Of a stretch of 64,000 bases of DNA, positions 38,380-52,529 are shown piece by piece. The notes below the pieces were generated by a model. The model searched no databases, was not told the origin of the DNA, and saw only the letters and a list, made by a program, of their open reading frames with translations. The DNA lies in assembly GCA_964016885.1 (NCBI GenBank), contig OZ024740.1, positions 358,856,001 to 358,920,000 on the forward strand. Reading direction: 5' to 3'. The first letter of the stretch is position 1, and each line of letters begins with the position of its first letter. Source of the DNA: Eledone cirrhosa (lineage: Eukaryota). A program made the translations under genes and the position numbers.

Positions 38380-39560
38380 GATCAGACCCTTTATTTATCA
38401 GTAATTGAACATGATAGTTACACGAGCCTTTGTATCATCCCTTATATTCTGTTAGAAGAAGATTTTCTTAGGCTTTTATATTTAGTCCATGTAATATTAT
38501 TAGAGTAAGGTCTTTGGAGTTTATAGAGAGTTGAATTGTGGGTCTGAGATGTATAGTGTTTAATGTTTATTTAGAATCAAGGAATGAGATGGTATTCATC
38601 TACTTTTGTTAGTAAATTATGTTTCTATGTTAAATATATTAACCAGAAGTTTGAAAGCTTATCAGATCTTGCGGTCGTCCAGTTATTTAATATATTTTGC
38701 AGTAAGTGGTTTACTTCATTTGTTGTTATGGCCTCTCACGCATACCCAGTTGCATGTTTTCAACAATCCTGCACGTGTGAATTCCTTAGTTGCTCAACTA
38801 CTCGCTGAAATATTTCTATTTCTCTTGATTGATCTAAGTGGTTATGAAGTTCTTATTAAAGTCGTTCTGAGATGGAGTCGAACTGTTTGTTTAGTTCAAA
38901 GAATGGTTGTCGTTTTTTCATAACGATGGATTATTTGCGATTTAACAAAGATATTTAATTTCAGATGTTGTTTGATTTGAATATTTCATTTTTATATTAA
39001 TTTTGTTATGAAATAGTTCTCTAGTGTGTGTGTATCTCCTTCATTTGTCAGATTTGTGTCGATATATTATTGATTTTAGGGATGAGAGAGGTTTTTACTT
39101 TATATTTGTTTTCTGTTTCTTTAAGCTTGGATATTCTTATTTGAGATCTGAAGGATTACTGATTTATTTATGTAATTACAGTGGCTACTACATACATTAA
39201 TTCATTCGACCAAGTGATATTGATGGCTACATCTGTTTTTTATAAGGTCTGTTATAGCTACGTTTTCTTTTATTGATATTGTTTTATCATGGTATTTTAA
39301 TCCTAGAAGAGATTGACCTTGTTTGCAATTCTTGAAATATTTCTACCTAAATTTAGAATTCTCTATTCTTAAACAGTCCTAAAATCCATTTTATTTATAT
39401 CTTTATTCGTTATGTACTCTGTTGGTTTCTTTTGTTTAATATGTTCTAGGTGTTTAGTATATTGTAGATCGATTAGGTTTTGCTTGCATATATTTAACAT
39501 ATCCATTCAGTGGCAGCCATGATGTATTCTGTCCTGATAACCAATTTCTGCCACTGACAA
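38380..39560 (-). pseudogene. Very old R4/Dong-like LINE fragment (N-terminal region to RT start)
   Basis: ITWSNELMYVVATVIT and KSQIIHRYEK resemble T...N.L.Y..A.V and KAQRIRRYE of R4/Dong ORFs. Confidence 0.45.
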
Positions 39561-40975
39561 TACATGTTCTAGATCATTCCATCAGATTGATATTTATCTT
39601 TCCTCGAGGCAATATTTGTATTTTACCCACTCCAATTTTAGACCAAAATATGGAGGCTAAAAAGCCAGTACATCCGCAAGAATCAGTCCTTCCGTTTCTG
39701 ATTTTAGTCCGGCGGTTCTTAGTCACTATAGATATTTATTTAGGCTCACGTCTCGTTGCATGGTATAGGCCTTTTTTTTTATCACTTTAACCATATTGGT
39801 GTCAATGTTGCTGTTTTATATGGAGAACATTCTTTTTAGTTGCTTTCTTGTTTCTTTACTGAATTTATAACATTTGTCTTAATCCTTTTGCTATTGTGTG
39901 CTTTTTCAAGTCCAGCTGTTGATATTTTATAGATTTATTTTCATTTGTGTTAACTCACACCCTCCTTGTGTGTGAGATAAGCATATTCTGATTGTCTACC
40001 TTGGTGTGGATGGGTTCGGTACGCTGCCTGTAATTTCCTGTTTTTCTGTCTAAAATTTCAGTCCATTTAGCTTCCAGTTTTTCATATTGAAGCTATAGTT
40101 TATAATTGGTATGGACAGCGTATTATACCAATGATTTTAGTTTTAGGAATGTGTACAGCTTTTAATATTAATCTAACTCTTCGGTAGTATTCTCTCCTAG
40201 TTTTCACTTTTTCACTTGTATTTTAGATGTTTCATCTTTGTATGGGTGGTCGTAATCTACTTCTCACTTTCATGCCTATGTCTAGTGTAATTCTCAGTGT
40301 TCCTTAATTTGTCTTTTCTTAAAGTCACTTTGGCACATGTGTCTAATCCCATATTTATCATTATATCTTTGCTGAAGGTATAGGCATTTTCTACAATGTT
40401 TTCTACTTCGGTGTTATTCCTTTTCTTTATCTCCTTACTCCTGGCTTACTTAGCAAGTAGTACTCTATTACAATCTTGTTGAACTCTTTTCTCCATTTAA
40501 CTTTCTTTACTTCAACAGTTATTTGAAGATGACTTGGCCCACTCTGCTGAGCCATGGGACACCTGCTGGGCGAAGGACTTTCACCTGAGTTTCCAACCCC
40601 AATTACCCCGTTTTCTAGACTCAATGTATTTGACATTTTCACTCATTTAATGTATTATGCTTTACTGGTTTTCCTTCCCCGTATTTTTATCGTGATACCA
40701 TCACAAGGTTGTCTACAATCACGTAAAGAGCCTCTATATATCCCCATCAAAAGAAATTATATCTCTCGCCAAGTTTCAAACTTGTATTTATGATGTTACA
40801 TTTGGTTCCACATAAGACCTTCCGTTTTTTATACCGTATCAGCTCGCTGTCCTTCACACACTGAACTTCCTGCGCACCCTGATATCAACCATGGTGATTT
40901 CTAAGGTTACGCGCACAAGTAGCTTGTCATAATTATAATTAAGGAGTCCAATCTTCCCCGGTTTTAACAACAGAA
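39560..40975 (-). pseudogene. R4/Dong-like LINE, internally deleted
   Basis: N-terminal KVKWRKEFNKIVIEYYLLSKP joined directly to post-RT FSKDIMINMGLDTCAK; further DRKT and KTEGLILA motifs. Confidence 0.65.
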
Positions 40976-41384
40976 TGATGCTTCTACTAGAGAGACAACC
41001 ACACATATACATAGACATATACATATACAGACATATACACAAAATTATTCTATACAGATACATACACATACATACACATACACAAACATACATTCGCACA
41101 TATTTACTCACATTTCAACATATACATACACATACACACATACATATACATACATACGTTTATATATACATATATGTATCTACTCTTTCGCTCTATTTAT
41201 AACAAGTATATAGTTACATAGATATACAAACATATGTTTATATACACTATTTACTATTTCGCTCTATTTATAACAAGTATATAGTTATAGTATATGACGG
41301 TAGGTTCAGTGTTGTAATATTGTTTGATCAGTAGTTTGTAAACATCCACTGTTGAAAGAATGTTTGTTTATTAACATTATTATC

Positions 41385-43997
41385 ATTGTGTTGTTCCTTT
41401 TCTTTCAGTTTTGTTTCCATTTCTTGTCGAGCGTCTTCCCAACTCCTATGGCAGAGAAACTCATTGCATACATTTGTAAGCCACTAAATCAACACACCAG
41501 ATTGTTCACGTCACACACTTTACACTTTTACAAGTATATCATTTGATTTAGGCGTGTGAAAATTATTTGTTTAACATCATATTTACAACAGAATGACATT
41601 AAATCATATAATAGAGCTCAAATATTTCCAACTTACATAATTATGGAATATAATTTAATAAAGTTAAATAACAAAAATTGCATAGATAATTATGTATCAC
41701 CGCGATATTGCTCTTCTCGGTACCAGTTAAAACATTTTTTTGCACTTCCTGCAATGATGATAAGCCAGGGAATATTTTTAAATAATTTTCTGTTCCTTTT
41801 TTTATCATTCCTAATGTTCCTACAATCACTGGTATTATGACCACAATGAGATGCCACATTCTTTCAATTTCAATCTGCAAGTTTTTATATTCTCTGAGCT
41901 TGTCAAATGTTTTTGCTGCAATATTCAAATCACATAGGATGCTCATATCAATTAATAAACAGACTTTGTTATTTTGGTCTGTTACAATAATATCCAGTTT
42001 ATTAGTTTTGATGGTTCTTTCTGTGCGTACAGGAACGTCTCAAAGAGTCATTACATTTTCTCCATCAGTTACAGCCTCAGAGTGATGCTTATACCACTTG
42101 TCAGCAGTTTTGAATTTATAATACCGACATATTAACCAGTGTAGCTTTTGACCAACTCTGTCATGCCTTGATTTATACTCTACCGGTGCTATACCTTTAC
42201 ATCCAAAGATTACCTGGTCCACTGTTTCAATCACATCATTGCAGAATCGGCAATTTGGGTCTATTCCATTTCTCATCACATAGGCTTGGTAGATCCAAGT
42301 TAATTAATTTTGATCTTGGGCGACTGCGATGAAGCCTTTACACATCCTGCCCTAATACCGAGCTCCGTAGCCACAGATGGGTGTGCTCGTTGATAACATC
42401 CGCTTGTTTGTTACGGGCCACATATTTGTTCTGCAGATGTTTCTTCTCCCACCTCGATGTAATTTGTCCATGCCCTTTTTTCTTAGCTATTAATTTTATT
42501 TGCTTTGCAACAACAGTTCCCACACTTCCCTCAGTCTTTCTAGTCTGGATATTAGTGATAGGATCAGTAGCAGATTTTTTGCTCACTTTCAAGTTTCAGC
42601 ATCCACACTTTCTTTCACACAAGAGCAATAAAGGCCAGAAATTTGTACCCTATCTTTACCAGGATATTTCCACGTACGAGCCTCTGTGAGAGCCATCCTT
42701 AGGTCTGCTATTGAAATGACTTCCAGTAGTTGTTCTTGAAAATATTTGTAAGATTCTTCTGTTAAGCAAATCCAATCTACATTTTTATTGTATGTTTTCT
42801 TATCACTTCAAATCTTCAAAAGTTTTCAATTTCTTCCAAGGAAGAGGGATTCTTCAAAGGTTATTTCATCCTTTCCTATTCATTTGTAAAATGATTTAAC
42901 ATTGGATGTGAATAACTTATTTGACATGTAAAAATTATTTTTCTACTTAAATCTTCGTATTCTTTTAGCTTTTATTTGGACTGTTTGTTTCAGTATTCCC
43001 TTTGTTGATACCAGCTCTTCTCTTAATTAAAATCACTATTTTTTCTACAACTCTCTACATTTTTTGATCTCACATTATTTCCTGATTAATTGATTTACAA
43101 TTTTACTTCGCCATTGTGGCTTTCTTCTTAAGTTCGTTCTTTTTTTATTTCTTTTTTTTTTTTCGGAGGCATGCATCTTGTTTCAATTGCCATAGAAGTT
43201 ACCACTTTTTATTTGGTTTTTATTCTGGTTTGTATTTGAGAGCTTTTGAAGCTGTTCCATATAATTCATACTTGTATGTCCTATAACTTCTAGCTCATTC
43301 AGAATTGTCAGTTTCACTTCGATCATAGACTCTCTGTGTTTTCAGCAAATAATGGGTCTTCAAATTCTGCTTCTATCCCACTTTCCCAGTTATTTTCATC
43401 AGGTTCATTTGAATTTTAAACTTCTTCAGTCCCCTGTCTAATTTAGTCAGATGACATCTGTTCAATTAAGATCTGTAGTTGGCTATACTCTTTATTTCCT
43501 TCCTGTCTTATATTTAGGTCATTTTCTGCGTTCTTGATCGCAATTAGTTCCGTATCTGACATTTGCTAACCTGTTTTCACCCAAATAACGTCTGATACCT
43601 TGATTTAGTATTCTCCATATTTTGTAAGAGTTTGCGGTGTATCTCTCCTGAGATAGCATAATAATAAGCGTATATTACTTCTTTGTAATCTTCCTGGATC
43701 CATTTTATGGTTTTACATTTTTCTTCTTTCTGTAGGGCTTGAGTTGGAGCAGTCCCCGTTCAAATGCCCATCCAGGTCCGTTTTCAAAAAAGTGTCTTTT
43801 CGACCTCAAACTGAACTCACACTAAGGGACGCTCTTCCTGATTAACCATAGGACTAGTGATTTGGTGTATTATTATAATTTTTTCCCATAAATAATTTGT
43901 TCTGGGTTCAGAAGTTCAACTAAAGTTGCGTAGCTCTCTAGGTAAAGTGACATTTTGATAGGGATTGCCCGACCCTGGCGGACAATAACGAAACCCT
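41385..43997 (-). pseudogene. R4/Dong-clade RLE LINE with both ends, RT core deleted, in (TAA)n context
   Basis: KW..EDYKEVIYAYY; WKYPGKD; CRFC..ETVDQVIFGC..RHDRV; NKLDIIV..LIDMSI..DKLREYKNL..IPVIVGTLG; (AAT)-type repeats at both ends. Confidence 0.88.
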
Positions 43998-44017
43998 TAT
44001 TATTATCATTATAGTAT

Positions 44018-44116
44018 AGGTTAACTTTGCCTTTCATCCTTACGGGATCGATAAAATAAAGTACCAGTAATACACTGTGATAATTGCTGGCCTTGTGCCA
44101 AATGTAGAAACAATTA
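44018..44116 (+). mobile_element. SINE 3' half
   Basis: 21-bp flanking duplication ATTATCATTATAGTATAGGTT (44002-44022 and 44113-44133). Confidence 0.92.
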
Positions 44117-44729
44117 TCATTATAGTATAGGTTCCATCAACTACTAAGGCAGCGGTGGTATATGTGTCAAATGTGGTTCCACTTGTGGTGGGGATAAAGA
44201 TGTTGTTGTTCGAAATTGTTACTTCGTTTCTGTGGTAGTTACGGTGGAATCGGTGTAGTTGTGGTGGTGGTGGTATGGATAATATCTGGGCTGTTAGTGA
44301 TAGTGATTCTTTTAAATATCATTTCGTTGTACTTGTTCTGGATGATAATCTTGAGGTTTGTTTGTTGAATCCTACTACTATTTGTTTATCGTGTCAAAAT
44401 AATTCTATAAATAGATTTATATCGCCACTTCCTTTCAAGTAGATAGAGCTGTTGTCAGGTCATGTCAAGTTGATTTTAACAAAAAGGGTGGCGATACAAA
44501 GTTCTTTCTCATCGCTCGATAGCCTGCCCTGGCTCTCAGCGAGGGAGGTGAAATGTTGCGAAAAGCCAATAACAACCGTTGAAACATGGGATGCAATGTT
44601 ACTTACACCAGTGGTCGCAAACCTTTCTAAAACCGAGGAACCCTCTAAATATTTTGAATTCTTCACGGAACCTATACAATACAAAACTTTTCAAAAAAAA
44701 AAAATAAAGTATTTATTTATTTTAGTGTT

Positions 44730-46648
44730 TCATGCGTGTGTATGTAATCGAACACAATGGCTTTTCTGCTGCTGCGCCTCATCAGTGAGTTTAGAAAATC
44801 GAGGTTCAACACTAGTTAATGCCAGTCCCATACACTCGTCAATTGCTGACAGTTTATTCATCTTCTTTGTGCAGATTTCTACCAACTTCGAAAACCCTTC
44901 GCACAAGTAGCTAGATGGGAATAAAGTCAAATATTTCAATGCAAGTTGGCTGATTTCATTAAACTACCCAATCAAGAATAAGTCGATCCATAGTTCTTTC
45001 TTTCTGCTTTCGAATATCACTTTCAGGTCTTCGTTTGAATTCAAATCCATCAACTGATGTAAGCATTGGGCAGGTAGTAGATTTTTACAATTTCCAGCGT
45101 CATTTTCTGACACTAACTGCTCGATTTCGGTGAACGGGTTTTTTATCCATAAATTTCCGCTAACAATATCTTTTTCCATCAAGTCAAAATAATCTGAAAA
45201 ACTTGTGGAAAGCACATTTAAATGAGAAAGAATAATCTTCTTTAGATTGCTGGAGTCAAAATCTTCTCCCTTTTTAAGCTCTATTTCAAGGTTTGAAAGT
45301 AATGAGTAATTGTCCGATTCAATTCTTTTTATAAAGATGTTTAATTTTGATTGAAAATATGTAATAAAATTGATTGAAGTAAAAATATCTGCATTGTTAC
45401 CCTGAAGACACTTATTTAGTTTGTTCAGTTCACCAAAAATGTCTACTAAATAAGCGAGTTGCACATTCCATTCATTGGTTTTTAATACATTTGCTCTTTT
45501 ATCATTCTGTTTTTTTAGAAAAACTATTATTTCTTCTCTCAGTTCAAAAACTCTCTTCATAGCATCCCCAAAAGACAGCCAACGCACATCATTGTTCAAT
45601 AACAATCTATTATAATTACTTCCAGAAGATTCACAAATAGATTCAAACATTCTAGAATTTTTTGCTCTTGCATGGATCAAATTGATAATGTTGACAATGT
45701 CTTTCAGCTGGTCATTTAATATTTGAGCATCTCTGTCTTTGAATTTTTTTTAACACAAAACCTTTCAATGAATCATACAATGATTTGAAATACAATTTGG
45801 GGTCTGTTCTTTAATTTTTGCAATCAAACCAGAATTTTTACCAGTCATTGCAGCTGCTCCATCTGTTGTTATTGAAGTCAACTTGCTCCAAGATACACCA
45901 TTTTTTTAAAAATACTCTTCAATTTTATTGAATATATCTTGACCTTTAGTTGTGATGTCTAATACCAGACAAAACAAATACTCTTCTATTCATTCTTTTT
46001 ATCAAGGTCTACAAACCGTACATAGCAAATTAATTGAGACTTCTTATTAATATCCGTAGTTTTGTCCACTTGCAGACCAAAACATGTGCTTTTTTTTAGT
46101 GCAGTTAGTATCTGATTTTCTATATCAGAAGAAATATCAATTATCCTTCTTTTTACGGTATTTGCTGACAATGGTAACTGGCTTAATTTTTCTTTGTCCT
46201 TAATACTGCAGCTTTCAAAAAGATTCTCTGTAGCAATTTTTATACTTGGCAGAATTAACTGTTCTCCTAATGTAAATGGTTTCTTGTTTTTACCAATCAA
46301 ATGTGAAATTTCAAAAGATGTTCTTTTTAAAGCTTTATTTCTATCTGACTTTTTACAAAACAAGTCATACATATTAGCTTGTGATTTTTTGATGTTGTTT
46401 TTCAGCGAAGTAAAGTATTCCAGTGACTTGCTTTTATCATTGGTGTGATTAGTATCAATGTGTCTTTTAAGTTTTGCAGGATTTAAACAGCTATTTGATA
46501 GAACTTTTGAACATAGCAAACACATGGGCTGATCTGGTGTATCTTTTTTAGTGTCAGCTTTTTGAAATCCATATCTAACATAATCATCACACCACTGTCT
46601 AACCTTACTGCTGGTATCTAACTTCAGCTTCTTTGCAGTAGACATCAT
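44730..46648 (-). pseudogene. hAT transposase pseudogene (BED finger plus DDE), several stops and frameshifts
   Basis: CLLCSKVL..KLKRHIDTNH; FGLQVDKTTD; SITTDGAAAMTG; HCMIH; VRWLS; LAYLVDIF..LN; FPSSYLCEGFS. Confidence 0.93.
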
Positions 46649-46852
46649 ATCAAGGTTATTTATCTACAGCTAATATTTTTAATATGACATTAATAAATAA
46701 GAGAAATTAAGTTTTTTTAATTACAAAAAGTACTTAAATTAACTTTAATTTTAGATATTTGAAAAACTTAACTAGTTAAAAAAGAATTTTAATTTTTAAA
46801 AATTGAAATTTCTCCATTTTAGGATGGCAAACATTATTTAAAGTCTTATAAA

Positions 46853-46949
46853 AATTGTTTCTACTTTAGGCACAAGGCCAGCAATTACCCAGTGCATTAC
46901 TGGTACTTTATTTTATCGACCCCGTAAGGATGAAAGGCAAAGTCAACCT
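46853..46949 (-). mobile_element. SINE 3' half nested in the hAT element
   Basis: Reverse complement of the family core and tail. Confidence 0.9.
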
Positions 46950-48262
46950 TCAAAGTTAGATATAATATAAGAAGGCTTTAGGCTGCGTTAAACATATATT
47001 AGATTGGAACAAATAAAGTTTAGTCAAATGTTTGTGGACATATATATTTATTGTATAAAGTAATTTCTCAATTGTGAATGCAGATGTCATCAAATGAATA
47101 CATAATTGTGTGGCAAAGTTTATAGTGTATGCATGGAATACAAAATTACCTTTGTTAGTAGTCGAAACTTTACAGGCGTTATATTTTCTGTTCAAAGTAC
47201 AACAGAATGTAACGTGTTCTTATTTAGAATTGTCTGTAGAACTGGATGCATGTTGAAAACGACTAGTAAGCGAGTTCACTCTGTGAGGAAACTTTAGGCG
47301 ACTTTAAAGCTTTTGTGAGGACAGCAGATTAAAACGTGTTCTCTATTGAAAATATTCTACTGAACTTACGTTGTGAGAACAGCGAACTGACCCTGTCTCT
47401 CGGCTGAAAGACCTCGCTGAACTGAAATTTTCAGTTTAAAGTTATGCTGTTATCGACCAACATTTACTTGTTCGTGATTGGTCAATTTCTAAGTTCAATT
47501 AGTGTATTATTAGTAGTAGTCAAATTCTCGGAATTCAGAAAACTTTGTCTTTCCAAGAATTGATGTGAAATTGAAAGTATTCAATTTTCACGAATCTCAG
47601 AACAGTGTTTTTCTGCTAATTCAAGTGAGAAACTGAAAGTAGTGTTTTCCACGAATTGGAGTGGAGAACCTGTGTACACTACAATAGTACTTGTTTATTT
47701 ATACATTGCACCTTTGGCATTTTCTTTGCACCTTTTTCAGAAAACCCAAAATATTAATGGTAATGTAAATATTTATTTTTTTAAGGAACCCGGAGTTTGT
47801 TTTACGGAACCCCAAGGTTCTGCGGAACCCATGTTGGCGACCACTGACTTACACAAGGGGCAACACGCTTGGTTTGGATGTTCTGTCTTACGATTTTTAC
47901 ACAAACAAGCCAGGCATGTTCAGCGACATCCGAGCCGACGTCTACACCAACTGACATCAGAACGGAATAAGTTCCAGTTCTGGGAGTAGAAAGTCGGTAG
48001 TGCTGCTTAGAAAGTATCAGAACAAGGGGAACTATATAAATAATTTCTTTCCCATAACTCTAATAAACGCGGAATTAAAAATGTTGGCCAAAGTATTAGC
48101 GATGAGGTTGGCGCTAGGCTACGGTTGTCTGGTAGGTGAGGCGCAAAGAGGCGCCATTCCGAACAGATTCATCCACGACTATCTCCACCCCATGCAATAC
48201 ATTATAGAGAGGCTGACTGAGGAACCTGTCATGGATGAGACTCTGATCAATTTAGATCAATC

Positions 48263-48662
<400 letters not shown>

Positions 48663-50316
48663 GTGTGCGCGTGTGTGTGTTTATGTTATTATATGCCGAT
48701 GCATATATTTTCTGTGTAATTAAGTGAAGCAATTTATTTTTAACCTGATGCCTCCTTCAGACAATTCTGAAACTTGGGAACAGATATACATATATTCCTT
48801 TTCACACATATTCTTTTTTATTGTTAGCTAAGTTTAAACTGAATATGTCGTATATAATAGTTACCTACTATAAAACTATATATATACATTCTATTCAATA
48901 CATCTTTCTCTCAATTTATAGGAAGTTGTAGTTACTTTTTCTACAGATATCAAATATAATTAAATTTTTTTTTAAATTATTATTTGTTTAAATGGCATTA
49001 GTTGCTAAGCAACAAACAAGCATTTTTCACGATAGAAATTTTATGTTGGTATTAAAATGATAGATTCTCGGGCGACATTCTTAGATAATATGAGGAATAT
49101 ATTAAAAAATATAGACATTCATATAAAAATTTCACTTTGAATTAAGATGGTAAATTAAACGATTTTATGCATTGACACTTTTTATTTTAATAGAAAATAA
49201 ATAAATACATTCACTTAAAAGTTGGTTCGAAAATCAATTAACTGACGATATTTGTCCTTATCCCAAGATGCATCCCCATCTTCTCTGTTTTATTTACTCA
49301 CAGAACTGGCACAGAACGAAATGATAGATCAGTCAATCTTCAGGATAAGGGTCATATCAACATTATTTATGAATTCTCCTGTGTAAATAGGTAATAATAA
49401 GGATGGTGACAATTTGAATAAGGTAAGGTGTAACTCTTTGTAATAGACTAGCTTGTAATATTGTGTTCAAAGGTTTAGATGTTTGACTCTACTAAGTACA
49501 GCACACAAGAACACTTAGATTGATATCGTTTTCTGTTCTTCTCTAAACTTACCCTTTACAAGCGTTTTACTCGTACCTTATTTATATATCCTGAGGAAAC
49601 TTTATTCCATGTGCTTTGTTTAAACCACAGCACTTTCCTAGAGAGTGATCTAAGGTAGCTGTATACGTAATTGACTTTAATGCACATGTTACATCCAATC
49701 TTATTAAATTCGGTGATTATATAATCTATTAATTCAATGTAGTTGTCTACTTTATGGCTGCCAAGAAGGTTTTGTCAACTAGAACAAATGAAGGCTTTGT
49801 ACATGAGCAAGTGCTGTACATTTAGTCGATTATATGTGAATTTTCCAAGCTCTATTAAAAAGAATCTATGCAAAATCTATGATTTAAATATTTTGTTATG
49901 GTCAATCAAGGTAAATATTTAATTAGCCAAAGTTCACAGCAAATGTATTCAATGTTTTTACTTTTACCTTTTGAACTGAAATAAACTGATTTGGCAATAT
50001 TTAGCTATTTTAATAACATGTAATATATTAATAATTTGAATACTTTGAATCTAAACAGCAGATTATTATATAGAGTTTATTGGGCAAACCTGGTGCACTT
50101 TTTGAAGTCAGTGATCCAAACACAGTCGACATTCTACAGCACCACAGCATGATGTACTACTAAGGTCCCTAATCTCAACGCATTAGAAAAGGGCATGGTG
50201 TCCTTCCAAAACTATTGTTGGTTGAACATAATTGGTGCTATATTTGGAATTAACAACAAAAATACATACCAAATGTGATATACCTTCAAAACAATTGGGT
50301 AACACAGTAAAATATA

Positions 50317-52010
50317 TTCATGAAATTAAATTCCTCAGAAATTTAAGTTAAAAATTTAATTTAAATTAAGTGAAAATACTTCTCAAATGTTTAAAGGTAG
50401 CCTTATTTATGGATAGTGGGTGTTCTCCTGTATAAAATGCTTCACGGCAAACTAAAATTACATGCCAGTGTTTCATTTTTTTATATAACCTTGTCAGCTT
50501 TATTGCAATCAACTACCCTTTTTCAGCGACTATTAAGTTATGAAAAGTCGCAGAACAAATAAACGACATGATAGGAAAACATGCAATATAATTCCGTGGT
50601 TCCAGCCTCCCTAAATTAATCGTAAACATGTCTCAGATATATTAAGCGAAAATTGTGTTGCTCAGAGTTACCATTGATAGCATAAAAATCCTTGTAAACT
50701 GCAGCCTTTTAAGAATTTACAATATAAGTCGCTTTTAGTTTTATGATCCTGTATTTTCTTCTCAGATGATTTATGATAACTCCACTAAAAGGGCTGTCGC
50801 GGGAATTAAGGTGAAGAAATACCACTTCTCCTGTATAGAATTGCCAAAGTTTATTATCGAAAGTAATATTCTGACGTTTTGTTATGATCACATTCATAAA
50901 CGTTATTGATCAATCCTTTATTTCTTTTCCTATTTAATTATATCAAACTATTTCATAACACACTTGTTACGAATAGCTTTCTTTCTAGACCACGATATCT
51001 GAGCTTTTGAATACGAATTGTGTTTCGTTAATAAAAATTGACAGTCTACATAGATCTAGATTAAGCGATATAGAATATCAGTGAGGAGAATTTTAGATAT
51101 CTTATCAAATTCTTTACAACTAATATCTGAAATAAAAAAGGAATTGAGAAAGCATACATAAGTAGTGTGAGAGTGCTGGACCTCCGTAAGTTTCGACGAC
51201 GAGTCCTCTTGAGAAATTGGCGTGCACCATTAATGTATTTCTCAATGTGCGACAAGGCCCGTCGTTCTAATTAGAAGTTCAACACATTTTTATCCACGCG
51301 CCTTCATGAGAGTGAATATATTTCACAAAGACCGCAAATAATGGGCAAGAATTTTCTTGATGTAAATAAGTTTGGAAAAGTTACAAGATACGTGTGAGCA
51401 TGCTTTGTAAATGGAATATCAGCAGAATCTTTGAAACGTCACGCAAACGTTTTTCGATACTTTTTATTGATATGAAGTCATACAAAAATAGAATAATATT
51501 GATATAGAAATAACACGATATTAATATGTGCTTTCATTTAAACGTTTTTTCAGAAATTTCTAGTCAGCAACTCCAACTTTGGAGATTACTATAAAGTAAG
51601 AATCTCCAACCAAACAAGTCTGGGTCGCATATTTCTGTTACATTCGGTGAAATACTGTTTTCATTTAGATATGAATTTGATTATAAAACATATAGCTATG
51701 ATAGCTGCAATCTATTTTCCTTGCAAGTTCTAAACTTGCTACTAATCCATAGAGCATTAGAGGAAATGAATTTACATTGGAACATCATTGTATACTACCT
51801 CGAAGAATACACTGGGTAACACAGTAAAAGATAATCAAGAAATTAATTTCCTCAGAGATTTCCATTAATAATTTAATTTGTATTAAGAGAAAATACTTTT
51901 CAAATGTCTAAAGGCAGCCATATTTATGGTTACGTATTAATAATGGATTTTTTCCTGTATAAAATGCTTTACAGCAAAGTAAAATTACATGCCAGTGTTT
52001 CATTCTATAA
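50317..52010. repeat. Two diverged direct copies of a ~170-190-bp sequence (50317-50485 and 51814-52010)
   Basis: Shared GGGTAACACAGTAAAA..TTCCTCAGA..CCTGTATAAAATGCTT..AAAATTACATGCCAGTGTTTCATT. Confidence 0.75.
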
Positions 52011-52529
52011 CTCTTAGGTTTTCTTGTGAAACGTTTAAGAAAACATTGCTTGCTATTCTTTCCGTTCTGAGTAAAATATCGATTGATGATCAAAGAGTTC
52101 GTAATATCGTATTTTCTTTGTCTGTTTCCTCTGGTATTACATACAAATATATATTACAAATGATCTACAGAAGGCACTGCGACTCATAAAGATTAATAAC
52201 ACTAGATTTTAGAATTTTCAAGATGATAACAGATCACAGAGCTTAATATAGTTCTTGATATAACTAGGGGCAGCGTTGACATCAGAGATTGTAGAGAAGA
52301 ATTTTAAGCTAGTTTAAGTTCGTTTGACTCCAAATTTCTAATAATATTTCAAATATCTTTCATTCTATTTTTCATTATTCTGTAAATTAAATAAGAGATA
52401 GGCGATGAGCATAATGCAATGTTGGTGAAGGAATGAAAGCGACCGGCATTACAATGGGTATTAGTTTGAACAGAAAGTCCTCGCCATTTTTCAAATCTTT
52501 TATTGACTTTGGAGCTTTTAACATTAGGA

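Larger units (their letters stand above)
44609..47846 (-). mobile_element. hAT DNA transposon (Buster/Charlie type), full length, 3238 bp
   Basis: TIRs CAGTGGTCGC(A/C)AAC; 8-bp TSD ACTTACAC (44601-44608 and 47847-47854) with central TA; subterminal GGAACC(C) repeats. Confidence 0.96.
44440..48264 (+). pseudogene. L1/Tx1 RT fragment split by the hAT insertion (44440-44608 and 47847-48264)
   Basis: CCEKPITTVETWDAM | TRGNTLGLDVLSYDFY..FFPITLINAELKMLAKVLA..LINLDQS is colinear with the Tx1 RT at 59676-60308. Confidence 0.85.

Noticed and set aside
43900-43997. HDV-like ribozyme at the Dong 5' end
   Set aside because: No convincing P1/P3/L3/J4-2 arrangement.
50080-50290. Tc1 transposase remnant (VPNLNALEK resembling SPDLNPIE)
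   Set aside because: A single degenerate motif with no supporting context.
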